Source: Acidimicrobiales bacterium (GTDB taxonomy: Bacteria > Actinomycetota > Acidimicrobiia > Acidimicrobiales > CADCSY01). Taken from it: a stretch of 64,000 nt of DNA. The notes beneath the pieces are model-generated. The model was given only the letters and a program-made list of their open reading frames with translations, searched no databases and was not told the DNA's origin. The stretch is taken from the NCBI GenBank assembly GCA_035512495.1, contig DATKDW010000052.1, positions 5,256-69,255 of the forward strand, read 5' to 3'. This document shows, in pieces, positions 8,467-18,079 of the stretch; within the stretch, counting starts at the first letter, position 1, and the number at the start of each line of letters is the position of its first letter. The position numbers and the translations under genes were made by a program.

Positions 8467-10305
8467 TCAGTCGTCGCCGAGGAGGCCGGTCTCGAAGACG
8501 AGGCCCCGGCCGTCGCAGGAGGGGCAGCCGGCCGACATCGACTCGATGAGGCCCTCGCCGATGCGCTTGCGAGTCATCTCGACCAGGCCGAGCTCGGAGA
8601 TGTCGAAGACCTGGGTGCGGGTCTTGTCCCGGGCGAGCGCCTCGCGGAAGACGCGGATCACGTCCTCCCGGTTCTTCTTGATCTCCATGTCGATGAAGTC
8701 GATGACGATGATGCCGCCGATGTCGCGCAGGCGCAGCTGTCGGGCGACCTCTTCGGCCGCCTCCAGGTTGTTGCGGTAGACGGTCTCCTCGAGGCTCGAC
8801 TTGCCGACGTTCTTGCCGGTGTTGACGTCGATCACGGTGAGCGCCTCGGTCCGCTCGATGATCAGCGACCCGCCCGAGGGCAGCCACACCTTCCGGTCGA
8901 GGGCCTTGTGGAGCTGCTCGTGCACCCGGTGGTGCTCGAAGAGCGGCAACGGCGACGACTCGGGGTCGTGGAGCTCGACCCTGTCGGCCAGCTCCGGAGT
9001 GATGGAGGCGACGTAGTCGCGCACCTCCTCGTAGAGCTTGGGGTCGTCGATCACCACGCTCCGGTATGAGCTGTTGAACTCCTCCCGGATCACCCGCACG
9101 GCCATGTCGGGCTCGCAGTAGAGCAGGGCAGGCGCCTGTGACCGCTTGGCCAGCGCGTCGATCTGCTCCCACTGGCCGAGGAGGCGGGCCACGTCGCGCT
9201 CGAGCTCCTCGCGGGTCGCGCCCTCGGCGGCGGTGCGAACGATCAGGCCGTGGTCGGCGGGCTTGACCTTGTCGAGGATGCTCCGGAGCCGCTTGCGCTC
9301 GTCGTCGGCGAGACGTTTGGAGATCCCGTAGGTCGCCGAGCTCGGGATCAGGACCACGAAGCGACCCGGCAAGGAGACCTCCTGGGTGAGGCGGGCCCCC
9401 TTCGCCCCGATCGGGTTCTTGGTCACCTGGCAGATGATCGACTGCCGGGCCTTGAGGATGTGCTCGATGCGGGCCTTGCCCCCCTCCTCGACGTCCTCGG
9501 GGTCGAACTGGAGGTCGCCGCGGTAGAGCACGGCGTTCTTCGGGGTGCCGATGTCGACGAACGCCGCCTCCATGCCCGGCAGGACGTTCTGGACGCGCCC
9601 GAGGTAGATGTTCCCGTGGATCTGTGTGGTGTCGTCCTGGGGCCGGGACACGTAGTGCTCGATCAGGGCACGGCCCTCGAGCACCGCGATCTGGGTGGCT
9701 TCGGGCTGCGCGTGCACGGCCATGAGGTAGCGACCGACCGGTCGGCCCTTGCGTTCGCGGCCCTTGCGTCGCTCGAGGACCTCGTCGTCGACCTCGACCG
9801 GATCCCCGTCGAGCACCGCCTCCACCGGCCGCTCGCGCCGGCCCTCGCCTCGGCCGCGGCCGCCTTGCTGGCGCCCACGGGGCTCACCGCCGCCACCACG
9901 GCCGCCGCCACCACGGCCGCGGCCGCCGCGACGGCGTCGCCGGCGCTGCCCACCGCCACCGTCACCATCACCCCGCCCGTCGGCCCCGTCGGGCCGCTTC
10001 TGGTCGCCCGAGGGAGCGGGCGGCGGCGGGGGCGGGGGCGGTGCAGGCATGGTGTCGCCGATGCGCGGCTTGCGCCGCACCAGTGCTCGCTCGGCCGCCT
10101 CGGCCGACGGGGTGTTCTCGCGGATCCGGTCGGGCAGGTCGTCGGGCATGCGGTCGGCGTCGCTGCTAGGCGCCGCCCCCTTGGCGTCCTCGGTCTCAGT
10201 CCGGTTCTCGGACTCGCGGCTCTGGTCCGGCGACGACGAGGTCGCCCCATCCGGGGTGGGTGCTGCCAGGTCCGGGGTCGGGTCCGGGGCGTGGAAGTCG
10301 GCCAT
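8467..10305 (-). CDS. rne: ribonuclease E/G family endoribonuclease
   Basis: S1 domain 'IYLGRVQNVLPGMEAAFVDIGTPKNAVLY', catalytic core 'DFIDM' and Zn-link 'CPSCDGRG'. ATG 10305 chosen; the alternative ATG 10149 would avoid overlap with the upstream gene. Confidence 0.85.
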   Translation of the reverse strand: MADFHAPDPTPDLAAPTPDGATSSSPDQSRESENRTETEDAKGAAPSSDADRMPDDLPDRIRENTPSAEAAERALVRRKPRIGDTMPAPPPPPPPPAPSGDQKRPDGADGRGDGDGGGGQRRRRRRGGRGRGGGGRGGGGEPRGRQQGGRGRGEGRRERPVEAVLDGDPVEVDDEVLERRKGRERKGRPVGRYLMAVHAQPEATQIAVLEGRALIEHYVSRPQDDTTQIHGNIYLGRVQNVLPGMEAAFVDIGTPKNAVLYRGDLQFDPEDVEEGGKARIEHILKARQSIICQVTKNPIGAKGARLTQEVSLPGRFVVLIPSSATYGISKRLADDERKRLRSILDKVKPADHGLIVRTAAEGATREELERDVARLLGQWEQIDALAKRSQAPALLYCEPDMAVRVIREEFNSSYRSVVIDDPKLYEEVRDYVASITPELADRVELHDPESSPLPLFEHHRVHEQLHKALDRKVWLPSGGSLIIERTEALTVIDVNTGKNVGKSSLEETVYRNNLEAAEEVARQLRLRDIGGIIVIDFIDMEIKKNREDVIRVFREALARDKTRTQVFDISELGLVEMTRKRIGEGLIESMSAGCPSCDGRGLVFETGLLGDD

Positions 10306-11047
10306 GGTGGAGGTCCCTTCTCGAGGCGGCAAGCGCCTCTGCCTGCGGGCGGTCCGTCGCGTCGGGAGCCGCGCACAGCGGTTCCTCCCGAGCGCCGTCG
10401 CGCCAGATCCATTGGGCTGTCCGCAGCACCGGCCCCTCGACGAGCCCCCCGTCCGGGGACAGAGCGCGGAGGAGCTCGGCGGGTCGGACACTGCGAGGGT
10501 GGACGGCGAGCTCGGCTCGGAGCTCGGCGCCCTGGGGGGTCGCCCCGGCCACGGTGAGGGCAAGGACGGCTGGGCGGAGGTCGTCGGTGACCTCACGTCC
10601 CTTGCGGGTGCGGGTGATGACCAGCTCGTCGGCCGCGAGGGCGGCCTCGACGAGCTCGTGGGCGCGGCTGGTGGCGAGGCCGCGCACGGCGATCCGCCAG
10701 TCGCAGGACGCGACCTCCTCCTGGAGCGAGGTGACGCCCGGGGCCACCGTCGTCGCTCCGGTGACGTCGATGCCGACGGGCAGCTCGGGGGACAGACGTC
10801 GGGGCAAGCCGGCCACGTCGACGGCCTCGCCGTCGACGAGGGTCACGTCGAGGAACTCCGCCACCGACTCGTGGCCGGTGGAGAGGGCGAGGCCGAACGC
10901 CACCTTGGGACGGGGGGTGAAGCCGGCGCTGCGGGCCACGGGCAGGCGGGCTCGGCGCAGGGCGCGCTCCCACATGCGGGCAACATCGCGGTGGCTCGTG
11001 AACCGGACCTTGCCGAGCTTGACGAAGCGGAGGCGGACGCGGGTCAC
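10196..11047 (-). CDS. TIGR03936-type (DUF2344) radical-SAM-associated protein
   Basis: 'VRLRFVKLGKVRFTSHRDVARMWERALRRARLPVARSAGFTPRPKVAFGLALSTGHES'. The GTG start overlaps the stop of the radical-SAM gene (GTGA). Confidence 0.8.
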   Translation of the reverse strand: MTRVRLRFVKLGKVRFTSHRDVARMWERALRRARLPVARSAGFTPRPKVAFGLALSTGHESVAEFLDVTLVDGEAVDVAGLPRRLSPELPVGIDVTGATTVAPGVTSLQEEVASCDWRIAVRGLATSRAHELVEAALAADELVITRTRKGREVTDDLRPAVLALTVAGATPQGAELRAELAVHPRSVRPAELLRALSPDGGLVEGPVLRTAQWIWRDGAREEPLCAAPDATDRPQAEALAASRRDLHHGRLPRPGPDPGPGSTHPGWGDLVVAGPEPRVREPD

Positions 11048-12969
11048 GATGACCGCCGTCCGATGGCGACCGCCACGCCGGCCACGCCCTGGGCGGTGCC
11101 CTGGGAGCCTCCGGCCGGAGGCACGGCGGACGCCACCACGTGCTCGATCGAGTAGCCGGTGCACGCACCGCAGTCGTAGCAGGGGGTCCAGCGGCAGTCC
11201 TCGAGACCCACCTCGTCGAGGGCGTCGCGCCAGTCCTGCCAGAGGAAGTCCTTGTGGAGACCTGCGGAGAGGTGGTCCCAGGGCAGGACCTCGTCTTCGG
11301 TGCGGTGGCGGTGCACGTGGTCGTCGACCGAGAGCCCGTGGTCGGCCATGGCGCCGGTCCAGCGGGCGAGGTCGAAGTGCTCGGACCACTCCTGGAAGAT
11401 CCCGCCCTCGCGCCACACCTGCTCGATGACCGGGCCGAGCCGGCGGTCGCCCCGGCTCATGATCCCCTCGACGAGGGTGGCCTCGGCGTCGTGCCAGCGC
11501 ACCTTGACGCCACGGTCGCCGCTGGTGGCCTTGCGGAGCAGGTCGATCTTGCGCTGCAGCTCCACCGTCGTGTTCTGGCCGAACCACTGGAACGGGGTGA
11601 AGGCCTTGGGCACGAAGCCGCCCACGGAGACCGTGACCGAGGCGCTGCCCGTGTGGCGGCGCCCGATCTCCACACAGCGACGTGCGAGGTCGGCGATGCC
11701 GAGCGTGTCCTCGTCGGTCTCGGTGGGCAGCCCCACGAGGAAGTAGAGCTTGATGCGTCGCCAGCCCTGGGAGAACGCGGCGTCGACCGCCTCGTAGAGG
11801 TCGTCCTCCACGATGAGCTTGTTGATGACCTGGCGCATCCGCCAGGTGCCGGCCTCGGGCGCGAAGGTGAGCCCGGTCCGCTTGGCCTTCTGGATCTGGG
11901 CGGCGATGCCAACGGTGAAGGCGTCGACCCGCAGGCTCGGCAGGCTCACCGACACCTGCCCGCAGGCGCCGGGGTCGTCGACGGTGTCGGCCACGACCTG
12001 CTCGATGCCGCTGAAGTCGGCGGTGGAGAGCGAGGTGAGGGCGACCTGGTCGTAGCCGGTCCGGCGCAGGCCGGCGTCGATCATGGAGCGGACCTGCTCG
12101 GCCGGGCGCTCGCGCACCGGGCGGGTGATCATGCCCGCCTGGCAGAAGCGGCAGCCCCGCGTGCAGCCCCGGAAGACCTCGACGTTGAGGCGGTCGTGCA
12201 CGACCTCCGTGAGCGGCACCAGCTGGGTCTTGGGGTAGGGCCAGTCGGCGAGGTCGGCGATGGTGCGCTTCTCGACCCGCTCGGGCGCCTCGGGGGCCCT
12301 GGGCGCGACCGAGGCAAGCCTGCCACCCTCGAAGGCGACGTCGTAGAGGGAAGGCACGTAGACCCCCGGGACACCGGCGAGGGCCCGCAGCACCTCGTCG
12401 CGCGAGCCCCGGCCGTTGGCCTTCCAGGCGGCGACGACCTCGGTGATCTCCCCCACCAGCTCCTCGCCGTCGCCGAGCGCCACAGCGTCGACGAAGTCGG
12501 CGAGCGGCTCGGGGTTGTAGCTGCAGTGGCCCCCGATGACCACGAGCGGATCTGCCGCCGTCCGGTCGGCAGCGCGCACCGCCACCCCCGCCAGGTCCAC
12601 CATGTTCAAGAGGTTGGTGTAGGTGAGCTCGGCGGCGAGGTTGAACGCCAGCAGGTCGAAGTCGGCCGCAGGGCGGTGGGTGTCGACCGAGAAGAGGGGC
12701 ACACCGTCCCGGCGCATGAGCGCCTCGAGGTCGACCCACGGGGCGTAGGTCCGCTCGGCCACCGCGTCGTCTCGCTCGTTCAGGATCTCGTAGAGGATCT
12801 GCAGGCCCTGGTTGGGCAGCCCCACCTCGTAGGTGTCGGGGTAGCCGAGGAGCCAGGCCACGGTCCCAGGGGTGTGCTCGGGCCGGCGGGCGCCGTCCTC
12901 GCACCCGATGTAGCGGGCCGGCTTCTGCACCTGGGCCAGCAGGGGCTCGAGCTGGGGCCAGACCGTCAT
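11044..12969 (-). CDS. TIGR03960-type B12-binding-domain radical SAM protein
   Basis: 'LLAQVQKPARYIGCE...GYPDTYEVGLPNQGLQILYEILN' and the Cys motif 'EVFRGCTRGCRFCQAGM'. Confidence 0.9.
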   Translation of the reverse strand: MTVWPQLEPLLAQVQKPARYIGCEDGARRPEHTPGTVAWLLGYPDTYEVGLPNQGLQILYEILNERDDAVAERTYAPWVDLEALMRRDGVPLFSVDTHRPAADFDLLAFNLAAELTYTNLLNMVDLAGVAVRAADRTAADPLVVIGGHCSYNPEPLADFVDAVALGDGEELVGEITEVVAAWKANGRGSRDEVLRALAGVPGVYVPSLYDVAFEGGRLASVAPRAPEAPERVEKRTIADLADWPYPKTQLVPLTEVVHDRLNVEVFRGCTRGCRFCQAGMITRPVRERPAEQVRSMIDAGLRRTGYDQVALTSLSTADFSGIEQVVADTVDDPGACGQVSVSLPSLRVDAFTVGIAAQIQKAKRTGLTFAPEAGTWRMRQVINKLIVEDDLYEAVDAAFSQGWRRIKLYFLVGLPTETDEDTLGIADLARRCVEIGRRHTGSASVTVSVGGFVPKAFTPFQWFGQNTTVELQRKIDLLRKATSGDRGVKVRWHDAEATLVEGIMSRGDRRLGPVIEQVWREGGIFQEWSEHFDLARWTGAMADHGLSVDDHVHRHRTEDEVLPWDHLSAGLHKDFLWQDWRDALDEVGLEDCRWTPCYDCGACTGYSIEHVVASAVPPAGGSQGTAQGVAGVAVAIGRRSS

Positions 12970-13070
12970 GGTCTGGCCAGCCTACCGGCTGGCCCTCCCC
13001 CGACCCTTGACCGGCCGCGCTGCGCGACCGACGGCGACGCGACGTGGCGCTCGGGTCGGGCCGGCGACCG

Positions 13071-15032
13071 TCATTGACCCACGGACAGGGCGGGGTCAGG
13101 ATCGGTGCTGGGATCCGGCGGCGGGCCGGCCCGGTCCGGGATCTCGAGGCCCGACAGCACGCCGAGGACCCGGCGAGCTGCGGGCGCGGCGGCGCTGGCG
13201 CCGAAGCCCGCCTGCTCCATGATCACGCTCACCGAGTAGCGGGGCTCGTTGGCCGGCGCCACGGCGGTGAAGAGGGCGGTGTCCTGCTTGCGGCCGGCCT
13301 GGCCGGTCCCCGTCTTGGCCGCCACCGGGTAAAGGTCGTGCGGCCACCCCTCGAACTGAGGACGGGCGGTGCCCCGGGGATCGGTGACCACCGCGACGAG
13401 GCCGGCCATGATCGGGGTGCGGACCTCAGGTGGCGTGGACAGGTCGGCCACCACACGGGCGCCGACCTCCCGAACGACTTGCTGCTCGCCGTCGACCCTG
13501 CGCTCCACCCGGAGCACCAGGTTGGGGGCGTGACGGGTGCCGGTGGCGAAGGCGGCGTAGGCGTTGGCCAGCTGGATCGGGGTGATCGCCAGCTCGCCCT
13601 GGCCGATGGCGAGGTTGACGTTGTCGCCGATGAACCACTGGCCCTCGGGGAAGGCGTCGGGGTTGTTCTCGTGGAGGCGCTTGCGGGACTCCGGCGTGGC
13701 GATGCGCCCCGCCGACTCCGACCCGAGCTCCACGCCGGTGCGCTCACCGATGCCCAGGCGCCGGGCCTCGTCCTGGATCCCCTCCTCGCCGAGGGTGCCC
13801 CGGCGCTCCCAGAACTTGGCGCCGATGTCGTAGAAGTACACGTTGCTCGACACGGCCAAGGCCCGGCGCATGTCGACCAGCCCGTACGCGGTCCCGCCCG
13901 AGTTGGACTTCACGCACCCGCGCGAGCAGTTGGGGATCGAGTAGCTGCCCGTGTCGTTGAAGGTCGACTGGGACGTCACGACCCCGGCGTGGAGCGCCGC
14001 TGAGGCCGTCATCAGCTTCCAGGTCGAACCCGGGGCATAGGTCCCCTGGGTGGCCCGGTTGGTGAACGGGGAGCCCGAGGCGTCACCGAAGAGGAACTCG
14101 GCCTGTTCGGGGGTGATCCGGTCGACCAGCTCGCGCGGGTCAAAGGTCGGGTAGCTGGCCATGGCCACCACCGTGCCCTCCATGGCGTCGAGCGCCACGA
14201 GGGCACCGGCATCGGCGACGAGGGGCGTGCCGTCGGTCGACGACGGCATTCCCCGGGCGGTCTCGAGACCGTCGGCGAGTGCTGCCTCGGCCTCTCGCTG
14301 GGCCTCCAGGTCGATGCTGAGCACGATGTCGGCGCCCTGCACGGGCGGTCGCTCGTCGACGATGCGGACCGGCCGGCCCAGGGCGTCGACCTCGAAGCGG
14401 GTCTCTCCGTCGCGCCCCCGAAGGTCGTCCTCGTACACGTGCTCGATGCCCGACTTCCCGATCCGGTCGCCGAGGCGGTAGCTGTCCTCGCGCTCGGCGA
14501 GCTCGGTGTCGTTGATCTCCCCGACGTAGCCGAGGACGTGGGCGGCGAGCGTCCCGTGGGGATAGGTGCGGACGGCGATCCGCCGGGCCACCACCGCCGG
14601 GTAGTCGGCCTGGCGCTCCCGAAGGTGCGCCATCACCTCGTTGGGGACGTCGGTGGCGAGCGGGACCGGCACGAGCCGGCTCACGCGCTGGTCGTCGAAG
14701 CGGGCCGCCAGGGTCCCCACGTCCACGCCGAGCACCACCGAGAGCCGGCGGATGAGGTCGGCTCGCTCCTCGGGCTCCTCGACCTTGGTGCGGTCGACCG
14801 CGACCACGTTGGACGCCCGGTTGTCGACCAGGACGACGCCGTTGCGGTCGAGGATCCGGCCGCGAGGCGCGGGGTCGTGCACCACGCGAACGGCATTGAC
14901 GCGCGCCGCCAGCCCGTAGTCCTCGGCGCTGAGGACCTGGAGGAACCACAGCCGCGCGAAGAGGGCGGCGAAGAGCGAGAGGACGATCACGCCCACGATC
15001 CCGAGGCGCAAGCGGGGGGTGTCGGGGCTCAC
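13071..15032 (-). CDS. mrdA: penicillin-binding protein 2 (elongasome transpeptidase)
   Basis: N-terminal TM, then 'PRGRILDRNGVVLVDN', 'STWK' (SxxK), 'SSN' and 'KTGT' motifs. Lies downstream of mreD. Confidence 0.9.
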   Translation of the reverse strand: MSPDTPRLRLGIVGVIVLSLFAALFARLWFLQVLSAEDYGLAARVNAVRVVHDPAPRGRILDRNGVVLVDNRASNVVAVDRTKVEEPEERADLIRRLSVVLGVDVGTLAARFDDQRVSRLVPVPLATDVPNEVMAHLRERQADYPAVVARRIAVRTYPHGTLAAHVLGYVGEINDTELAEREDSYRLGDRIGKSGIEHVYEDDLRGRDGETRFEVDALGRPVRIVDERPPVQGADIVLSIDLEAQREAEAALADGLETARGMPSSTDGTPLVADAGALVALDAMEGTVVAMASYPTFDPRELVDRITPEQAEFLFGDASGSPFTNRATQGTYAPGSTWKLMTASAALHAGVVTSQSTFNDTGSYSIPNCSRGCVKSNSGGTAYGLVDMRRALAVSSNVYFYDIGAKFWERRGTLGEEGIQDEARRLGIGERTGVELGSESAGRIATPESRKRLHENNPDAFPEGQWFIGDNVNLAIGQGELAITPIQLANAYAAFATGTRHAPNLVLRVERRVDGEQQVVREVGARVVADLSTPPEVRTPIMAGLVAVVTDPRGTARPQFEGWPHDLYPVAAKTGTGQAGRKQDTALFTAVAPANEPRYSVSVIMEQAGFGASAAAPAARRVLGVLSGLEIPDRAGPPPDPSTDPDPALSVGQ

Positions 15033-15084
15033 CCCGCGATCCTCCCACGGATGTTTCGGTCGTGTGACGTCGCGGCGCTCCCGA

Positions 15085-15591
15085 TCAGCGGAGGACGAGG
15101 CCGGGCGCCGAGCGGCTGAGCGTCGCCCAGCGCATCACCCGGACCGCGACCGGGCTGAGCACGGCGTTGAGCACCGCCACCACGGCGATGATCCCGACGA
15201 GGCGGCCCGAGACCAGGTGGCCCTGGCCGACCACGGCGCCGATCCCGGCGTAGAGCGCCACGCCGGCGGCGCTGGCGGCGGCCACCGTGACCACGGGGAT
15301 CCACCATGCCGCGTGCAGGATCGTCGACTGGAAGCTGCCGACACCCCACCCCACCAGGCAGTACGCCAGGGCGCTCAGCCCGAACGGCGTCTGCAGGAAG
15401 CAGTCGGCGAGGAGGCCGGCGCCGAACCCCACGATGGCGCCCCGGTCGGCGCCGGCGGCCACCCCAGCGGCAACCGCGATCAGGAGCATGAGGTCGGCCG
15501 CCACCCCGAAGACCCGCAGCTGGGGGGCCAGGGCGGTGTGGAGGAGCACCGCCACCAGGAGCACCGGCGGCAGCCGGGTCGCCATGGTCAT
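15085..15591 (-). CDS. mreD: rod shape-determining protein MreD
   Basis: 168-aa polytopic membrane protein. Its start overlaps the mreC stop, in the position expected for mreD. Confidence 0.8.
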   Translation of the reverse strand: MTMATRLPPVLLVAVLLHTALAPQLRVFGVAADLMLLIAVAAGVAAGADRGAIVGFGAGLLADCFLQTPFGLSALAYCLVGWGVGSFQSTILHAAWWIPVVTVAAASAAGVALYAGIGAVVGQGHLVSGRLVGIIAVVAVLNAVLSPVAVRVMRWATLSRSAPGLVLR

Positions 15592-16421
15592 CGCCGCACC
15601 TGCACGACCCGGACGTAGCGCAGGTTGGCCAGGTCCGCGACCGGCTCGATCCGGATGTCGAGCTGCTGTTCCCCGGGGGCCGGCTCGACCGACACGACGC
15701 GACCGACCACCAGACCGGCCGGGAAGTAGCTGGGCAGCGCGCTCCCCTCGAGGCCGCTGGTGACCACGACGTCACGCTCGGAGACATCAGCGCCGATGTC
15801 GATGAGCCCGAGCGATAGGGGCCGCCTGGGGCCGTCGCCCTCCGCCACGCCGGTCTCCCCCGAGTGCAGCCGTACGGCGACCGCCGAAGCGGGGTCGGTG
15901 ACGAGGCGCACCGTGGCACGAGAGCCCGAGACGTTGACGACCCGCCCGACGAGCCCGGCGCCGGTGACGACGGGCATGTCGACCGCGATGCCGTGCTTGG
16001 AGCCACGGTCGAGCTCGATGGTCTGCTCGAAGTTGGAGATCGGCGCCGACACCACCCGGGCGGCAACGGTGGGGGCACCGGCGACGTCGTCGAGGCGCAT
16101 GAGGCGCAACGCCTCGCCCAGCTCTGCGGCAGCGCCCTCATCGCGGTGGCCCTCGCCCTCCAGCTCGGCGATGCGGTCCCGCAGCCGGGCGTTCTCCTCC
16201 TCGAGCTCTCCGTAGCCGGTGATCCCGCCGACGGTGTCACCGACCGGCGAGAAGACTGCGCCGACCGCGTCGCGGACGGGGGCGAGGGCGTCGGCCGCAC
16301 CGTCGCGGACCGCGCCGAGGACCCCGGCGTCACTCCGGAAGTCGAGGGTGATGATGGTGATGGAGAACAGGACCAGGAACAGCAGCGTGAAGCGCGTGCG
16401 CCCGGGGGAGCGGAGTGCCAC
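15588..16421 (-). CDS. mreC: rod shape-determining protein MreC
   Basis: N-terminal TM, coiled coil 'ENARLRDRIAELE', then beta-rich domains 'GMPVVTGAGLVGRVVNV'. Confidence 0.9.
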   Translation of the reverse strand: MALRSPGRTRFTLLFLVLFSITIITLDFRSDAGVLGAVRDGAADALAPVRDAVGAVFSPVGDTVGGITGYGELEEENARLRDRIAELEGEGHRDEGAAAELGEALRLMRLDDVAGAPTVAARVVSAPISNFEQTIELDRGSKHGIAVDMPVVTGAGLVGRVVNVSGSRATVRLVTDPASAVAVRLHSGETGVAEGDGPRRPLSLGLIDIGADVSERDVVVTSGLEGSALPSYFPAGLVVGRVVSVEPAPGEQQLDIRIEPVADLANLRYVRVVQVRR

Positions 16422-16436
16422 GAGGCGCGGCCTCGG

Positions 16437-17474
16437 CTAGTGGTGACTCGATGAGAAGAGGACGCCCTTGAGCGCCTCGAACTCCTCCAGCGACTGACCC
16501 GCGCCGATCGCCACCGAGTGCAGGGGGTCGTCGGCCACGAAGATCGGCATGCCGGTCTCGGCCTGGAGCCGCTCGCTGAGCCCGAGCAGCAGGGCGCCAC
16601 CTCCGGTGAGCACGATGCCCTGCTCCATGATGTCGGCGGCCAGCTCGGGCGGCGTCTTGTCGAGGGTCGTCTTCACTGCGTCGACCACCGCGGCGACGGG
16701 CTCCTCGATCGCGGCGCGGATCTCCTCGGTGGAGGTGATGATCGTGCGCGGCAGCCCGGTGACCAGGTCGCGACCGCGGATCTCGGCGGTCAGCTCCTCC
16801 TCCAGCGGCCAGGCGGACCCGAGGTTGATCTTGATCTCCTCGGCCGTCCGCTCGCCGAGGGCGAGGCTGTACTCCTTCTTGACGTACTGGATGATGGCGT
16901 CGTCGAGCTCGTCGCCCGCCACCCGCACCGACTGGCTGGCCACGATGCCCCCGAGGGAGATGACGGCCACCTCGGTGGTGCCCCCGCCGATGTCGACGAT
17001 CATGTTGCCGGTGGGCTCCTGGACCGGCAGACCGGCTCCGATGGCTGCTGCCATCGGCTCTTCGATGATGTAGGCGGGCTTGCGGGCGCCGGCGTACTCC
17101 GCGGCCTCCTGCACGGCCCGCTGCTCGACGCCGGTGATGCCCGACGGGACGCAGACGACCATGCGGGGCTTGACCCACCGGCGCTGGTGCACCTTGTGGA
17201 TGAAGTAGCGCAGCATCTTCTCGCAGATCTCGAAGTCGGCGATCACGCCGTCCTTGAGCGGGCGGATGGCCTGGATGTGGCTCGGCGTGCGGCCGATCAT
17301 CCGCTTGGCCTCGACGCCGACGGCGAGGGGGCGGCCGTCCTTGACGTTGATGGCGACCACCGAGGGTTCGTTGAGCACGATGCCCCGCCCGCGCACGTAG
17401 ACGAGGGTGTTGGCCGTCCCAAGGTCGACGGCCATGTCGCGACCCATGATGTTGGTGAAGACGTTGTCGGACAC
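16437..17474 (-). CDS. mreB: rod shape-determining protein MreB
   Basis: Actin-like '[17 protein letters not shown]...[16 protein letters not shown]'. GTG 17474 is preceded by GGAGG with a 9-nt spacer. Confidence 0.95.
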   Translation of the reverse strand: MSDNVFTNIMGRDMAVDLGTANTLVYVRGRGIVLNEPSVVAINVKDGRPLAVGVEAKRMIGRTPSHIQAIRPLKDGVIADFEICEKMLRYFIHKVHQRRWVKPRMVVCVPSGITGVEQRAVQEAAEYAGARKPAYIIEEPMAAAIGAGLPVQEPTGNMIVDIGGGTTEVAVISLGGIVASQSVRVAGDELDDAIIQYVKKEYSLALGERTAEEIKINLGSAWPLEEELTAEIRGRDLVTGLPRTIITSTEEIRAAIEEPVAAVVDAVKTTLDKTPPELAADIMEQGIVLTGGGALLLGLSERLQAETGMPIFVADDPLHSVAIGAGQSLEEFEALKGVLFSSSHH

Positions 17475-17605
17475 GCGGACATGCCTCCGAGACGTTGTGG
17501 AGGGCGGAGACGCCAGGCTACGGCTCGGCTCGGAGGTCGACAAGCGCGGCCGCCGGGGCGAGTCCCGCCCCCACTGGTCGGTCGCCACCTGGATCCGGGC
17601 CCCGT

Positions 17606-18019
17606 TCAGCCGCTGAGGCCGGGGAAGAACAGCCCGATCTCGCGCTCGGCAGACTCCGGCCCGTCGGAGCCGTGGACCAGGTTCTCGGTGAGATCGACGG
17701 CCAGGTCGCCGCGGACGGTGCCGGGAGCCGCCTCGCGGGGGTTGGTGGCGCCCATCATCGTGCGCACGACCTTCCAGGTGTCGCTCGGGCCCTCGACCAC
17801 CGCCAGGATCGCAGGTGAGCGGGTGATGAAGGCCACGAGGTCGTCGAAGAACGGCTTGCCCTCGTGCTCGCCGTAGTGGCGACGGGCGATGTCGGCGTCG
17901 ATGGTGCGCAGCTCGACGGCGACGAGCCGCAGCCCCTTGCGCTCGAGCCGGCCGAGGATCTCCCCGGCGAGGCCCCGCTCGACGGCGTCGGGCTTGCAGA
18001 TCACGAAGGTGCGGTCCAT
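17606..18019 (-). CDS. ndk: nucleoside-diphosphate kinase
   Basis: '[28 protein letters not shown]...NLVHGSD' is the canonical NDK sequence. Confidence 0.95.
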   Translation of the reverse strand: MDRTFVICKPDAVERGLAGEILGRLERKGLRLVAVELRTIDADIARRHYGEHEGKPFFDDLVAFITRSPAILAVVEGPSDTWKVVRTMMGATNPREAAPGTVRGDLAVDLTENLVHGSDGPESAEREIGLFFPGLSG

Positions 18020-18079
18020 AGGGGCACCGAGGCTACGGGCGCCGGTGACCGGAGCGAGAATCGCCTCGTCGGCCGGACC

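Noticed and set aside
10196-12904. 902-aa minus-strand ORF that looks like one giant gene
   Set aside because: Only its last ~283 codons (from GTG 11047) are protein-like, forming the TIGR03936/DUF2344 gene. The upstream part is an alternative frame of the radical-SAM gene 11044-12969.
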